From Candidatus Oleincola secundus (GTDB lineage Bacteria > Atribacterota > Phoenicimicrobiia > Phoenicimicrobiales > Stramentimicrobiaceae), in the NCBI GenBank assembly GCA_018400815.1, contig JAGYLS010000032.1:1-18494 (forward strand): 18,494 nt of DNA, written 5' to 3'. Below are positions 1 to 8,652 of this stretch, in pieces. Every line of letters begins with the position of its first letter. The stretch's first letter is position 1. A model generated the notes under the pieces. It was not told the origin of the DNA. It was given only the letters and a program-made list of their open reading frames with translations, and searched no databases. Made by a program: the position numbers and the translations under genes.

Positions 1-114
1 GTCAGCTAAGCCATCTTCAACTTCCGGATTAGCCAATCCATTTGAGCTCAACAGTACTAGTGCTAGTAGTAAAATACTTAGCAAAGTAGTAATTTTCTTA
101 AAATTCAATGTCAT
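1..114 (-). CDS. 5' end of a secreted protein (partial, runs off the window start); last visible gene of the TRAP-like operon
   Basis: Read by hand: ATG at 114 with GGAGG at 125-121; open to base 1, MTLNFKKITTLLSILLLALVLLSSNGLANPEVEDGLAD, a typical Sec signal peptide. Product cannot be identified from 38 aa. Confidence 0.8.
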   Translation of the reverse strand, partial: MTLNFKKITTLLSILLLALVLLSSNGLANPEVEDGLAD

Positions 115-233
115 ATTTTTCCTCCATTTTTAATTATTTTTCAAGACTTACAGATTAGAATTATTTTTATCATTCTGATTTATCTAATCAACTTTTTCCT
201 ATAATACACACCTCCTTGTTACCTGGATATTTT

Positions 234-1400
234 TTATTGATAGAACAATCTATCAGTATCAGCAGTTTCAGGATCATGTAAGAAATGCATAATTCCATGT
301 TCTTCCAGATCAAAGAATAATGGAAATTCCACTTCCATTTGCTTATCAGGATAAAATTCACCCATCTGCTTAATTACTTCCATGGTACCGGAAAGATGCC
401 TTCCTACCCGATACCACATAGGTTTGCCGAATTCAATATCATATTCCGGATCACAGTAAAGTAAATTTTCTTCGGCAGCTTTTTGTAAGAATTCATCCTT
501 CCCTTCTATCATCAGCTCCTCGGTCATTTTCCCGGCAACTCTATCAATGAAGGGCTCGGCAGTTTCCATTAGGACAACCAAAGCATCACTGTAATCCCCT
601 ACTTCACGGTGGGAAAGCCCACGTAAACTTTTGGGTGAACTTTCGGATTTCATCGGGAATTGCTCTGCACTCAAATTCATGCCAGCCATCATAGCAATAT
701 CCTCGGCATCCTGGTGAGCTACATAAGTACTCACAACCGGGTACATCAATGATGCTTCATGCATATCGACAAATAGATCTATGTCTTCCTGTCTGGTTAA
801 TTCCATAATAGCATAGGCCAGCCGTTCGGTTAGAGTCCCACTCGCGTATCCTGGATAAGTCCGGTTTAAATTCCGGATATCCTGGTAAGCCAGATTTTGC
901 CGGGATGGGTAATGCACATAGGTAAAGGGATCCGGCCACTGGTCTAACTGGTTAGAATTTCTGGCACCAATGCGGAATTTTTTCTCTCCCCAATTAGCTT
1001 CCAGAGAAAAATACTTGGGATAGCCCATTCCGTAGTCACCCATTGTCCATGCGCTTCGGTTGGCAACCGGGATTAGAAATATTTTACCCTTGGTAATTTT
1101 AAGATTTTCTGCAGCCACATAAGCAGGCAGGATAGCTCCTGGTTCATAGGGATGAGTACCTCCAAGCCATAATAAAGAACCGCCGGGGTTACCTGAATCA
1201 TAAATATAGACAGGCGTATCTACCCAGGTTCCCTTTATGCCTTCAAAATAATCGCTCAACATTACCTTTTTTGTAAAATCCTCGGAGACAACTATCGATT
1301 GTTTAAAATGACGGATCTCCCAGAATTCTCTGCCTCCCAAAAAAGCAACAATTAATACAACAATTAAAATAATTAATCTTCTCAAAAAAACATTATTCAT
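234..1400 (-). CDS. Membrane-anchored succinylglutamate desuccinylase/aspartoacylase-like (M14 clan) zinc deacylase/carboxypeptidase
   Basis: 388 aa; HxxE zinc motif GGTHPYEPG, NLNRTYPG, third ligand DMHE; N-terminal hydrophobic anchor (LIILIVVLIVAFLGG). Confidence 0.85.
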   Translation of the reverse strand: MNNVFLRRLIILIVVLIVAFLGGREFWEIRHFKQSIVVSEDFTKKVMLSDYFEGIKGTWVDTPVYIYDSGNPGGSLLWLGGTHPYEPGAILPAYVAAENLKITKGKIFLIPVANRSAWTMGDYGMGYPKYFSLEANWGEKKFRIGARNSNQLDQWPDPFTYVHYPSRQNLAYQDIRNLNRTYPGYASGTLTERLAYAIMELTRQEDIDLFVDMHEASLMYPVVSTYVAHQDAEDIAMMAGMNLSAEQFPMKSESSPKSLRGLSHREVGDYSDALVVLMETAEPFIDRVAGKMTEELMIEGKDEFLQKAAEENLLYCDPEYDIEFGKPMWYRVGRHLSGTMEVIKQMGEFYPDKQMEVEFPLFFDLEEHGIMHFLHDPETADTDRLFYQ

Positions 1401-1415
1401 TCTGGAAACCCCTTC

Positions 1416-1592
1416 CTATTTAATATGTAAAGCCCGCAAAAGAAATGGTATCAGGGTATAAGCATAGATAATATCATAGACCCAGTTCGTCCTGGTTTTT
1501 CTTTTAAACAAGCCCCGTAAAAGCAATAAGGCAAATACAGCAGCTAGAATAAAATATATTTGATGAACAGCTTCATGCAACCATATCAACAT
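1416..1592 (-). CDS. Small two-helix membrane protein (~58 aa), operon partner of the permease
   Basis: Two hydrophobic segments; packed between permease and deacylase; GAGGTG lies 6 nt before the ATG at 1592, so this start is preferred over the GTG at 1601. Confidence 0.75.
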   Translation of the reverse strand: MLIWLHEAVHQIYFILAAVFALLLLRGLFKRKTRTNWVYDIIYAYTLIPFLLRALHIK

Positions 1593-1617
1593 TTTACACA
1601 CCTCTTTTTTATTATTT

Positions 1618-2922
1618 TTAATTTACCAGAAAACTTAATTTATTAGCATAGATCAACATTAATAATGCCACTCCGCCCATAAACAACCAGGGAATGGCAA
1701 TATTTTTAAGAAATGTAGGATAAGGCCCTTTATAATCGACAGTTTCAATTGTTACCCGGCCAACAATCATAGAAGGCGGCAAACAATCACCCAAGGGGAA
1801 AATCAGAGCCAGGGCTGCTGCAACAACAGTGTTGTTGATTCCCATAGTGTTAAATAAAAAGATAATTGGTACACCGATAATAATTGCACTTCCATAACTG
1901 AGCGAACCCTGTGCCAATGGACCAAAAATCAGAACAGTGGCATAAACAAAGAAGAGTGGTAAAGTTATAAAAGTAATTGCTACTAAACCTCTTACCCCGG
2001 TAGCGGTCATGACATTTACCAGAACGCCAACACTGATAACCGTAGCCAGCAAGGAAAAAACCTGTTCCAAGGTATTGACCACCACTTCATAATAACGTTT
2101 CAAAGAAGTCTTCTTTGGATTGATAAGCATTGTAACAATGGCACAAATAATAAACATAAAGGGAAGACCTAATACCGGAATGGAAAAGGCAGCATACTGG
2201 GAAAGTAAAAATAATAAAATCAGAGTTAATAAAGGTAAGATAATTCTTAAACCAGTAAGATTTTCGGGTGCCTTGGGTATCTGTGCCAGAATGTCTTCTT
2301 TCTTTTGAGCTGTTGCACCACGACCAACACGACCAAAATAAATGATAGTAAAAAGTGCAATAATGAGAATGGGTACCAATAGAATATAGGTGAAGCCAAC
2401 ATAAGGCATATTTGCTCCTGCAGCCATTAGCATAGCCCAGAGATTAATAGGTGGCGCAGCAGCAGATAACATAGCGGTGACATAAATAAACCCGGCAGTT
2501 CGAACTCTGGAAATACCCATATATTGCATAATTTTCGCTACAGTTCCACCTACCACAAAAATAGCCACACTACCTGCACCGGTTAAAGCTCCGGGGATAA
2601 GCATAATGAAGACCATTAAAGCAAACAAAATCCATTTTTTATCATAAAAATGCTCTACAACATTGGCAACCATGGCATTAATAGCACCAGTTTCAGAATA
2701 AATGTTAATAAATACAGATGCCGTAACAAATATCAGGCCTAAGTCAATATAGGTAAAAGTACCTTCTACTAAAATACGTACTGGAAAGCCGAAGCCGGCG
2801 GCAACGGCCCCGGCTACGGCAGCTATAACCATAGAAATCTCTGCTGATTTTAATTTCCAGAGGCTAAGAGCATAGGCAATAATCATTACCACTAAAGTGA
2901 TTATCGTTTGTTGATACATCAT
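1618..2922 (-). CDS. TRAP transporter large-permease (DctM/CitM, ion transporter superfamily)-like protein
   Basis: 434 aa, very hydrophobic; motifs PGALTGAG, AAPPIN, GDCLPP typical of the IT/DctM fold; GGAGG RBS. Confidence 0.8.
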   Translation of the reverse strand: MMYQQTIITLVVMIIAYALSLWKLKSAEISMVIAAVAGAVAAGFGFPVRILVEGTFTYIDLGLIFVTASVFINIYSETGAINAMVANVVEHFYDKKWILFALMVFIMLIPGALTGAGSVAIFVVGGTVAKIMQYMGISRVRTAGFIYVTAMLSAAAPPINLWAMLMAAGANMPYVGFTYILLVPILIIALFTIIYFGRVGRGATAQKKEDILAQIPKAPENLTGLRIILPLLTLILLFLLSQYAAFSIPVLGLPFMFIICAIVTMLINPKKTSLKRYYEVVVNTLEQVFSLLATVISVGVLVNVMTATGVRGLVAITFITLPLFFVYATVLIFGPLAQGSLSYGSAIIIGVPIIFLFNTMGINNTVVAAALALIFPLGDCLPPSMIVGRVTIETVDYKGPYPTFLKNIAIPWLFMGGVALLMLIYANKLSFLVN

Positions 2923-2962
2923 TTCCTCCTAATAATAATTAATTTAATATAGCTGGAAATTA

Positions 2963-3580
2963 TTATTCGCAGATACTCGTTTCTAATTCAGAGTACATTG
3001 CTTTAACTACTTCGGTAAGTTCAACTGAGTCTTCAATGACAGTCATCGGTATTTCATTTTCTTCGGCAATTTTAGTAAATTTATCGTCAAAATCAGCATC
3101 CTCTTTGACAATAAGGTAATCTGCATGAGGAGCAATGGCATCTATTGACCTTTCATTGGGTCCTCCCTCTCTGTCCCGTCTGGCTTTTCCTTCAATCTGG
3201 GCGGCAATAATTTGAATATCCAATTCTTTGGCCTTTTCAATCATTAGGTTAAGGCGGTCTATTTCATCATCAATAGTAATGCCGGAAGCTCCCAAACCTT
3301 TAGATGAGGACCCGATTACCACTAACATAGTTTTGTAACCCTTTCCTTCAATATCTTCAGGTTCCGGCTCGGCATTATAATCCCACTCTTCTACAGTCTG
3401 GGACCGCATAACCAGAAGTCGTGCCATCTTCCCGCCAGGCCCCTGCCCGGCATTGGTAATTAACAGGGGCTGTCCTGCCTTTACCGGTTCATCTCCGGTT
3501 ATCTTGGCAAAACTGCTTACCGAAAACACAACACATACCAAAGCCATGAGTATTGCCACAAAAATTAACTTTTTTTTCAT
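2963..3580 (-). CDS. DUF6305-family secreted protein
   Basis: 205 aa; signal peptide ending SFA; motifs PLLITNAGQ, GSSSKGLGASG, ARR, IPMTVI recalled from DUF6305 proteins; GGAGG RBS. Confidence 0.75.
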   Translation of the reverse strand: MKKKLIFVAILMALVCVVFSVSSFAKITGDEPVKAGQPLLITNAGQGPGGKMARLLVMRSQTVEEWDYNAEPEPEDIEGKGYKTMLVVIGSSSKGLGASGITIDDEIDRLNLMIEKAKELDIQIIAAQIEGKARRDREGGPNERSIDAIAPHADYLIVKEDADFDDKFTKIAEENEIPMTVIEDSVELTEVVKAMYSELETSICE

Positions 3581-3894
3581 ATCTGAAAATCCTCCTTCAT
3601 TATTATATTCAGATCAATATAATGTTGCTTTTGTTTATAGAAATATCAAAATAAGATAAATGAGTTATAAATATATAAAAAATTATAGTGAACCATAGAA
3701 AAAATCTTTTTAAATAGGTAAAAACTAGATAGGATCTCCGAGATAAATCAGAACAAATATAGAAAAAATCTTTTTTACAGGCACTTTTTTTATTCATCAA
3801 ACTGAATCCCAATGATATGAATTTGTTAATTAACATTTCCAAATATTTCATTGTTCTCTGTATAGAATTGTATTGAATAACCTTTAATGCCTTT

Positions 3895-3930
3895 TAATAG
3901 TTTGATAGTTTCATACATATCAAACTATTA
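3895..3930. promoter_or_regulatory. Perfect 13-bp inverted repeat, candidate repressor operator
   Basis: TAATAGTTTGATA (3895-3907), 10-nt spacer, TATCAAACTATTA (3918-3930); just downstream of the minus-strand promoter; no U-tract follows on either strand. Confidence 0.6.
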
Positions 3931-3944
3931 TGGTCAGCAAAAAT

Positions 3945-3973
3945 ATAATATCTAATTGTTGAGTTTTTGTCAA
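3945..3973 (-). promoter_or_regulatory. Sigma70-type promoter pointing to the DUF6305/TRAP-like operon
   Basis: TTGACA (3973-3968), 17-nt spacer, TATTAT (3950-3945). Confidence 0.65.
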
Positions 3974-3980
3974 TAAGAAT

Positions 3981-4313
3981 TTAATGCTTGTTAGAAATTC
4001 GCGTTAAAAAAAGATTGATTTGCTTAATCTTTTCATAGTTGATATGACAAATAATATGCCTACCCTGTTTTATTGTCTTAATTAGTCCAGCATCCCTTAA
4101 CGCCTTTAAATGATGGGAAATAGTTGGAAAGGAAATGCCTAATAATAAAGACAAACTTTTAACACATTGTTGTCTTTGCTGCTTCTCGGAAGGATAATTA
4201 TCGATACATTGACATTTTTCTGTATAAAGTTTTTCTAATATTTCTACACGATGGGGGTCAGATAAAGCCTTAAATACATGACAAAGTTCTTTTCTTGTTT
4301 CTTGATTTTGCAT
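3981..4313 (-). CDS. ArsR/SmtB-family transcriptional regulator
   Basis: FKALSDPHRVEIL and ISFPTISHHLKALRDAGLI winged-HTH signature; ATG at 4313 preceded by GAGGGAAG (ORF track starts at TTG 4328). Confidence 0.9.
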   Translation of the reverse strand: MQNQETRKELCHVFKALSDPHRVEILEKLYTEKCQCIDNYPSEKQQRQQCVKSLSLLLGISFPTISHHLKALRDAGLIKTIKQGRHIICHINYEKIKQINLFLTRISNKH

Positions 4314-4919
4314 AAGATCTTCCCTCAATTTGTAAAATGATTATACTGGTTCTATTTAAATTCTATTTAAATAATTATTATTAAAAAAATACGAATCTAA
4401 GATTATATTCATAATATTTAAATGAGTATCTCTTCTTTGCTCTTAATTGTTTGTTTGCTAAATAAACGTTTCTGTTACTTCATTCTTACCAATCAGAATA
4501 TCGTGATTCATTCTAAAAATTACGCCACTTTTGTTTTTCTCTTGAGCATAGATGGAAAAATAATCAACTATAACAAGAATTGCTATTACACTTAAAAAAA
4601 ATGGTGATTTTGCTTTTATAAAAATATAATGACTTATCAATTGACTTATCTTTCACCATGAAATAATTATTTGAGCTTTTGATCTTAATACAATTTCATG
4701 AAAAATAGAATAAGATAAATAAATCTTTACCAATACTATTATACCTACTCTAATTATAGCCAATAAATTAAGAAAATGAAAAATTTTCAATTTTAAGGTG
4801 TATGTACTACAGTTGAAAAAAAATTAATGGTATTATTCCCAATATTTTAGGAAGATAATACTTTTTTAAAAAATTGCATACTATCCCAAATCTAATCAGG
4901 TTTATCATCCTTGTACTAT

Positions 4920-6179
4920 TTACATGCATGCATCTAACTTTCGGGGTACCTCCAATTGCTTATTGATAATCATCGTCATTTCATTTTTGGCATAGTGTAT
5001 AGCTTGTACCCATTTATAGGCAGAAATATGGGGATTTTGGAAGTGAAAACGAAAAATATTTTCCTTATAATTAAACTCCAAAACAGCATGGAATTGTACA
5101 TTAAGACCGGTAATATGCTCTAATTTAAATCGATATTTCATCCCTTCCTCTAAAGTAAAATGCAAACCCTTTTTATTTAGCCATAATCGGCCTTCACCCA
5201 TTTTTTGAAAGGCATCTTCAAAAGTACCCTGTAAAATATCAACAGGGCTATCTTCTAATATGACTTTTGCCTGATGTTTTTTAATTTTTTTAACAATGAG
5301 TTCCCTCAAAAATTGATTTTGCCAACGATTCCAATCTCTAAGATTATCAAAATATAACTTTTTTCGAATGGCATCTAAAAAACCATATTGATTATAAATA
5401 ATTCCATATTGACATTTTTGACAAATAAGCCGATCCCCTTGAGAAACTAGACTATTGAAAGATTGACATTGAGGGCAAATATAGAGTAAATGCTCCAAGC
5501 TCTCAGCTAAATTTTTACCAACATAGCGATTATAGGTTTTTCGTTGATAAGCCACTTCATCGTGTTCTAATTTTTCTCTAACTCGCTTTTCGATTTCTTC
5601 CAAAGAAAATCTTTGAGTTTCTTCTTTAGTAAAGCATAATTGATATGACAAATTCACCTTTCCCTTACGAGAGACTCTAGCCCAACGTGGATAAGCAAGA
5701 TAACCCCCTTTAATGGTAACTGTTACAACGGGAACATTCAATTTTTTTATTATTTTGGCCGTTGAATGAAAAACCATTTCGTCGGTTGTTCCATCCCATT
5801 TTCGTTCACCTTCAGGAAATATACCCAGTATTCTACCATTTTTCTTTGCTTTTATTAATCGTTTGACCGGGGAATAGTGAGTCATGAATTTTTTCTTGGG
5901 TATGGAACCAGCTGAGTTAAGGAAATAACGCAATATGGGGTTCCTGAAATATACTGCAGCAGCTAAATAACACATGGGTTCATCTAAAAACATATTCACT
6001 AAGAAAGGATCCCAATAGGTTACATGGTTACCTAACACTAAATAAGGTGGAACTAATTTTTCAGTATCATTCCTTTCAATATGAATTTTTACTTTATAAT
6101 TCAAATATTTTCGACAAAGGGCTAAAAATATTTTTCCTAAAAAGCGGTTGGGTTTTTTTACCTCTTTATAATGGTACAT
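4920..6179 (-). CDS. PlsC-family (lysophospholipid) acyltransferase with C-terminal extension
   Basis: Catalytic NHVTYWD (HxxxxD) and FPEG motifs; C-terminal CPQC...CQKC; ATG at 6179 follows AGAGGT (ORF track starts at TTG 6212). Confidence 0.85.
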   Translation of the reverse strand: MYHYKEVKKPNRFLGKIFLALCRKYLNYKVKIHIERNDTEKLVPPYLVLGNHVTYWDPFLVNMFLDEPMCYLAAAVYFRNPILRYFLNSAGSIPKKKFMTHYSPVKRLIKAKKNGRILGIFPEGERKWDGTTDEMVFHSTAKIIKKLNVPVVTVTIKGGYLAYPRWARVSRKGKVNLSYQLCFTKEETQRFSLEEIEKRVREKLEHDEVAYQRKTYNRYVGKNLAESLEHLLYICPQCQSFNSLVSQGDRLICQKCQYGIIYNQYGFLDAIRKKLYFDNLRDWNRWQNQFLRELIVKKIKKHQAKVILEDSPVDILQGTFEDAFQKMGEGRLWLNKKGLHFTLEEGMKYRFKLEHITGLNVQFHAVLEFNYKENIFRFHFQNPHISAYKWVQAIHYAKNEMTMIINKQLEVPRKLDACM

Positions 6180-6285
6180 AACTTGCGACCTCTTTCCTGC
6201 TTCATTTGGCAACGCATTTACTCAATTTAGAAAAATCAATCTGATATCAAAGCTAATTGTACAAAATTTTCATTATTCTATCCTT

Positions 6286-6640
6286 TTATTTTACCCTGGT
6301 CAAATATATTTTCCTATCTAAATTTTTAATTATATCTCGAAATTCGTTACATTGCTTTCTTGTAAATACCAGAGCCTTATTGTTTATTTTATTTCCACAG
6401 TAATCTTCCAGTTTTCCCTGTAGAGAATAAAAATTTGTCTTTAGTATTTCTTTGGAAATCAACGCATTCAGTCACAGGAATTTACAATTACTGCCGGATA
6501 AATTTTTTTATACTTCTCAAGCTCCAATGCCAAGGTTAAATACTACGCACAAAAGGACAAAAATTACTGTTTATAAAGGTATTTGCTGAAGCAGGATCAA
6601 ATTAAAACGGGATTACCCTATACGCTTCTTTAAAATTCAT
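6286..6640 (-). pseudogene. Decayed 2-hydroxyacyl-CoA dehydratase (HGD-D family) subunit
   Basis: ATG overlaps the MFS stop (ATGA). Collinear fragments ANTFINSNFCPFVRS, AVIVNSCD*MR* and LEDYCGNKINNKAL...CNEFR, broken by stops, frameshifts and deletions. Confidence 0.65.
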
Positions 6641-7932
6641 AAGTTGATATTTACTTTTCCCCCTTTATTAAGAGAATTGTTTTCATAGCGATAAATAAGA
6701 TACATTAAAACAGAAGCTGTAATCGATAAAATAAAAATGATTGTCCAAATGCTTCGAACACCAAAATCAGTTATAATTATTCCAAATAAAGGTGGTCCAA
6801 CAATACGGCCGATACTTCCACTGACTGTAACCAGTGAATTAAAACGCCCTCTTAAAGTATCAGGGCTATGGTTAGCTATATAGACACCTGCATTTATGCG
6901 AAGCAATATCTCTCCTAAAGTCCAGATAAATGTGGAAAGAAGAATCCATCCCAAGAAACTTATCCATCTCAACATACCAAATCCAACTGCAAATAGCAGT
7001 CCGGACCAAAAAACATTAATAATAGGCCTATTATGTCGTAATAACCAGGTTATCGGCAGGGTCATTAGAACAACGATAAAACAATTAAAACTCATAACCG
7101 CTCCAAAATATTTTGGTCCGTGTTCCAAGAATATATCATCAATCTGAAGTGGCAAACTAAAAAAGAATTGACTGTGCACCAAAAAGAAGATGATACTGAC
7201 CAGAAAAAAATAAAAAACAATTGGTTGATTCATCAATGCAGAAATCATTTTTTCTGGCTTTTTTATATTAAGAAGATCAGCTCCAGGTCCTTTATGAGCA
7301 TTTTTTAAGGTTTTAGCCATAATAATTTCAGGCATTGTCTCAGGTACATATAGACCGATTATAATAGAAACGATTATGATGGCCAAAACATTGCCCAGAA
7401 ATAATAACTGCATAAAATTAGTATACAAAAAACCGGCAATAAGTGAACCTATTCCAAATCCCAGGTTTAGCCCAAGATAAATAAAGGAAAATATTTCCTT
7501 CCGATTATCTGGGTTACTAACATCTACAAGTATAGCATCAATAGCAGGATGTACAGCACCATTAAAAAAGGCGGCAAATATCAATAATTTTGGTATCAAA
7601 ATGGATTCTCCCAGGAAAGCACAAGGTAATAAAAAAAGAGCGGTGGCGATTTGGGAAACCATCAAGACTGGCTTACGACCCAGATAATCAGCCATTTTTC
7701 CTCCTAATAATGCACCACTGATTCTGCCCATTTCAACCAACATCAAATAAATTCCTACTTTGTCTGCACTCAGGGATAAATTTTTAGTTAGAAAAAGCGT
7801 CAAGAAGGGAAAAACAAAATATCCTATAGCATTAATAAATCGAGCGATAAATACAAAATAAACTACTTTTGGAAAACCATAATAGGTCAAGAAAAGGTCT
7901 TTTATTTTTTTATTAGAGGTGTTAGTTTGCAT
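6637..7932 (-). CDS. Major facilitator superfamily transporter
   Basis: 431 aa, about 12 hydrophobic helices; motif A GKMADYLGRK; PET after helix 6; RGRF in the C-terminal half. Confidence 0.92.
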   Translation of the reverse strand: MQTNTSNKKIKDLFLTYYGFPKVVYFVFIARFINAIGYFVFPFLTLFLTKNLSLSADKVGIYLMLVEMGRISGALLGGKMADYLGRKPVLMVSQIATALFLLPCAFLGESILIPKLLIFAAFFNGAVHPAIDAILVDVSNPDNRKEIFSFIYLGLNLGFGIGSLIAGFLYTNFMQLLFLGNVLAIIIVSIIIGLYVPETMPEIIMAKTLKNAHKGPGADLLNIKKPEKMISALMNQPIVFYFFLVSIIFFLVHSQFFFSLPLQIDDIFLEHGPKYFGAVMSFNCFIVVLMTLPITWLLRHNRPIINVFWSGLLFAVGFGMLRWISFLGWILLSTFIWTLGEILLRINAGVYIANHSPDTLRGRFNSLVTVSGSIGRIVGPPLFGIIITDFGVRSIWTIIFILSITASVLMYLIYRYENNSLNKGGKVNINL

Positions 7933-7964
7933 GAAATGTTATCTAAATGGTTATCAAATTGCAA

Positions 7965-8222
7965 TTAAACAGGAATAATTCCGAATATTCCCAAAATGGC
8001 AACAAGTATACCCACAAATCCCAGTAGCCCTAGATATTCCAATTCCTTTCTCAGGTACTTAAAATAAGAAAAAAAAACAAAGAAACAAAAAAATAGTAAA
8101 CTATAGGGATTGTTCTGTGTAAAACCCTGAAATCCCAAAAAGCCTATAAAACCTATAAAACCATGCCACCAGGGAGGAGTTTTTCTTCTTTTATTTTTAT
8201 TTTGCTGTCTTTCTTCAACCAT
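7965..8222 (-). CDS. Small Gly/Phe-rich membrane protein (DUF3796-like)
   Basis: 85 aa; GFIGFIGFLGF and YLGLLGFVG repeats; 32 nt upstream of the MFS gene on the same strand. Confidence 0.65.
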   Translation of the reverse strand: MVEERQQNKNKRRKTPPWWHGFIGFIGFLGFQGFTQNNPYSLLFFCFFVFFSYFKYLRKELEYLGLLGFVGILVAILGIFGIIPV

Positions 8223-8361
8223 TTTACAATCTCTTTCTCAATTAATTAATAACTTTATGCTATTAAGACTATACATGTTATATAATCTGTGAATATTAAA
8301 AAATATATTGCAATATTGCTTTTATCATTATACTATAACAGTTTTTATAGGCATAATTCAA

Positions 8362-8617
8362 GTAAATATCGCACCCGCAAGGCGGGTGGCTTTAAGAAGC
8401 CTCTAAAAGAAGCTTAATTTTTTATTAAACAGCCTTTTTCTGCTCTTTTCTTTTGATCTCTTAGCTATTTGTTAAAAGAGCTCTTTCATACTATTTTTCG
8501 TCTATTCAGGATTTAAGGAAAAATTATTTCAGTTAGTATATCTATTGTCTTTATGGTAAAACCATTTTATTTAACCATGACCACCTTCTTTGAAGGTGGT
8601 TTTTTTGGTTAAATAAA
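8362..8617 (-). mobile_element. Non-autonomous IS200/IS605-family deletion derivative (MITE/PATE-like), copy 1
   Basis: Subterminal hairpins at both ends: CACCCGC-aag-GCGGGTG (8372-8388), and ACCACCTTC-ttt-GAAGGTGGT (8580-8600) nested within a 12-bp inverted repeat (8566-8577/8606-8617). Minus-strand tnpA-like scraps RRKIV and K*LRDQ. A second copy is at 11265. Confidence 0.7.
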
Positions 8618-8652
8618 CATTGCTAGCCTTATTATAAAATAAATATTGTATC

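Noticed and set aside
757..939. 60-aa minus-strand ORF
   Set aside because: Alternate frame inside the deacylase gene; no recognisable motifs.
2120..3659. Plus-strand ORFs 2120-2308 and 3453-3659
   Set aside because: Antisense shadows of the permease and DUF6305 genes.
3609..3851. 80-aa minus-strand ORF between the operator and DUF6305
   Set aside because: F/I/K/Y-rich composition typical of AT-rich non-coding DNA, weak RBS, no recognisable family; a decayed gene cannot be excluded.
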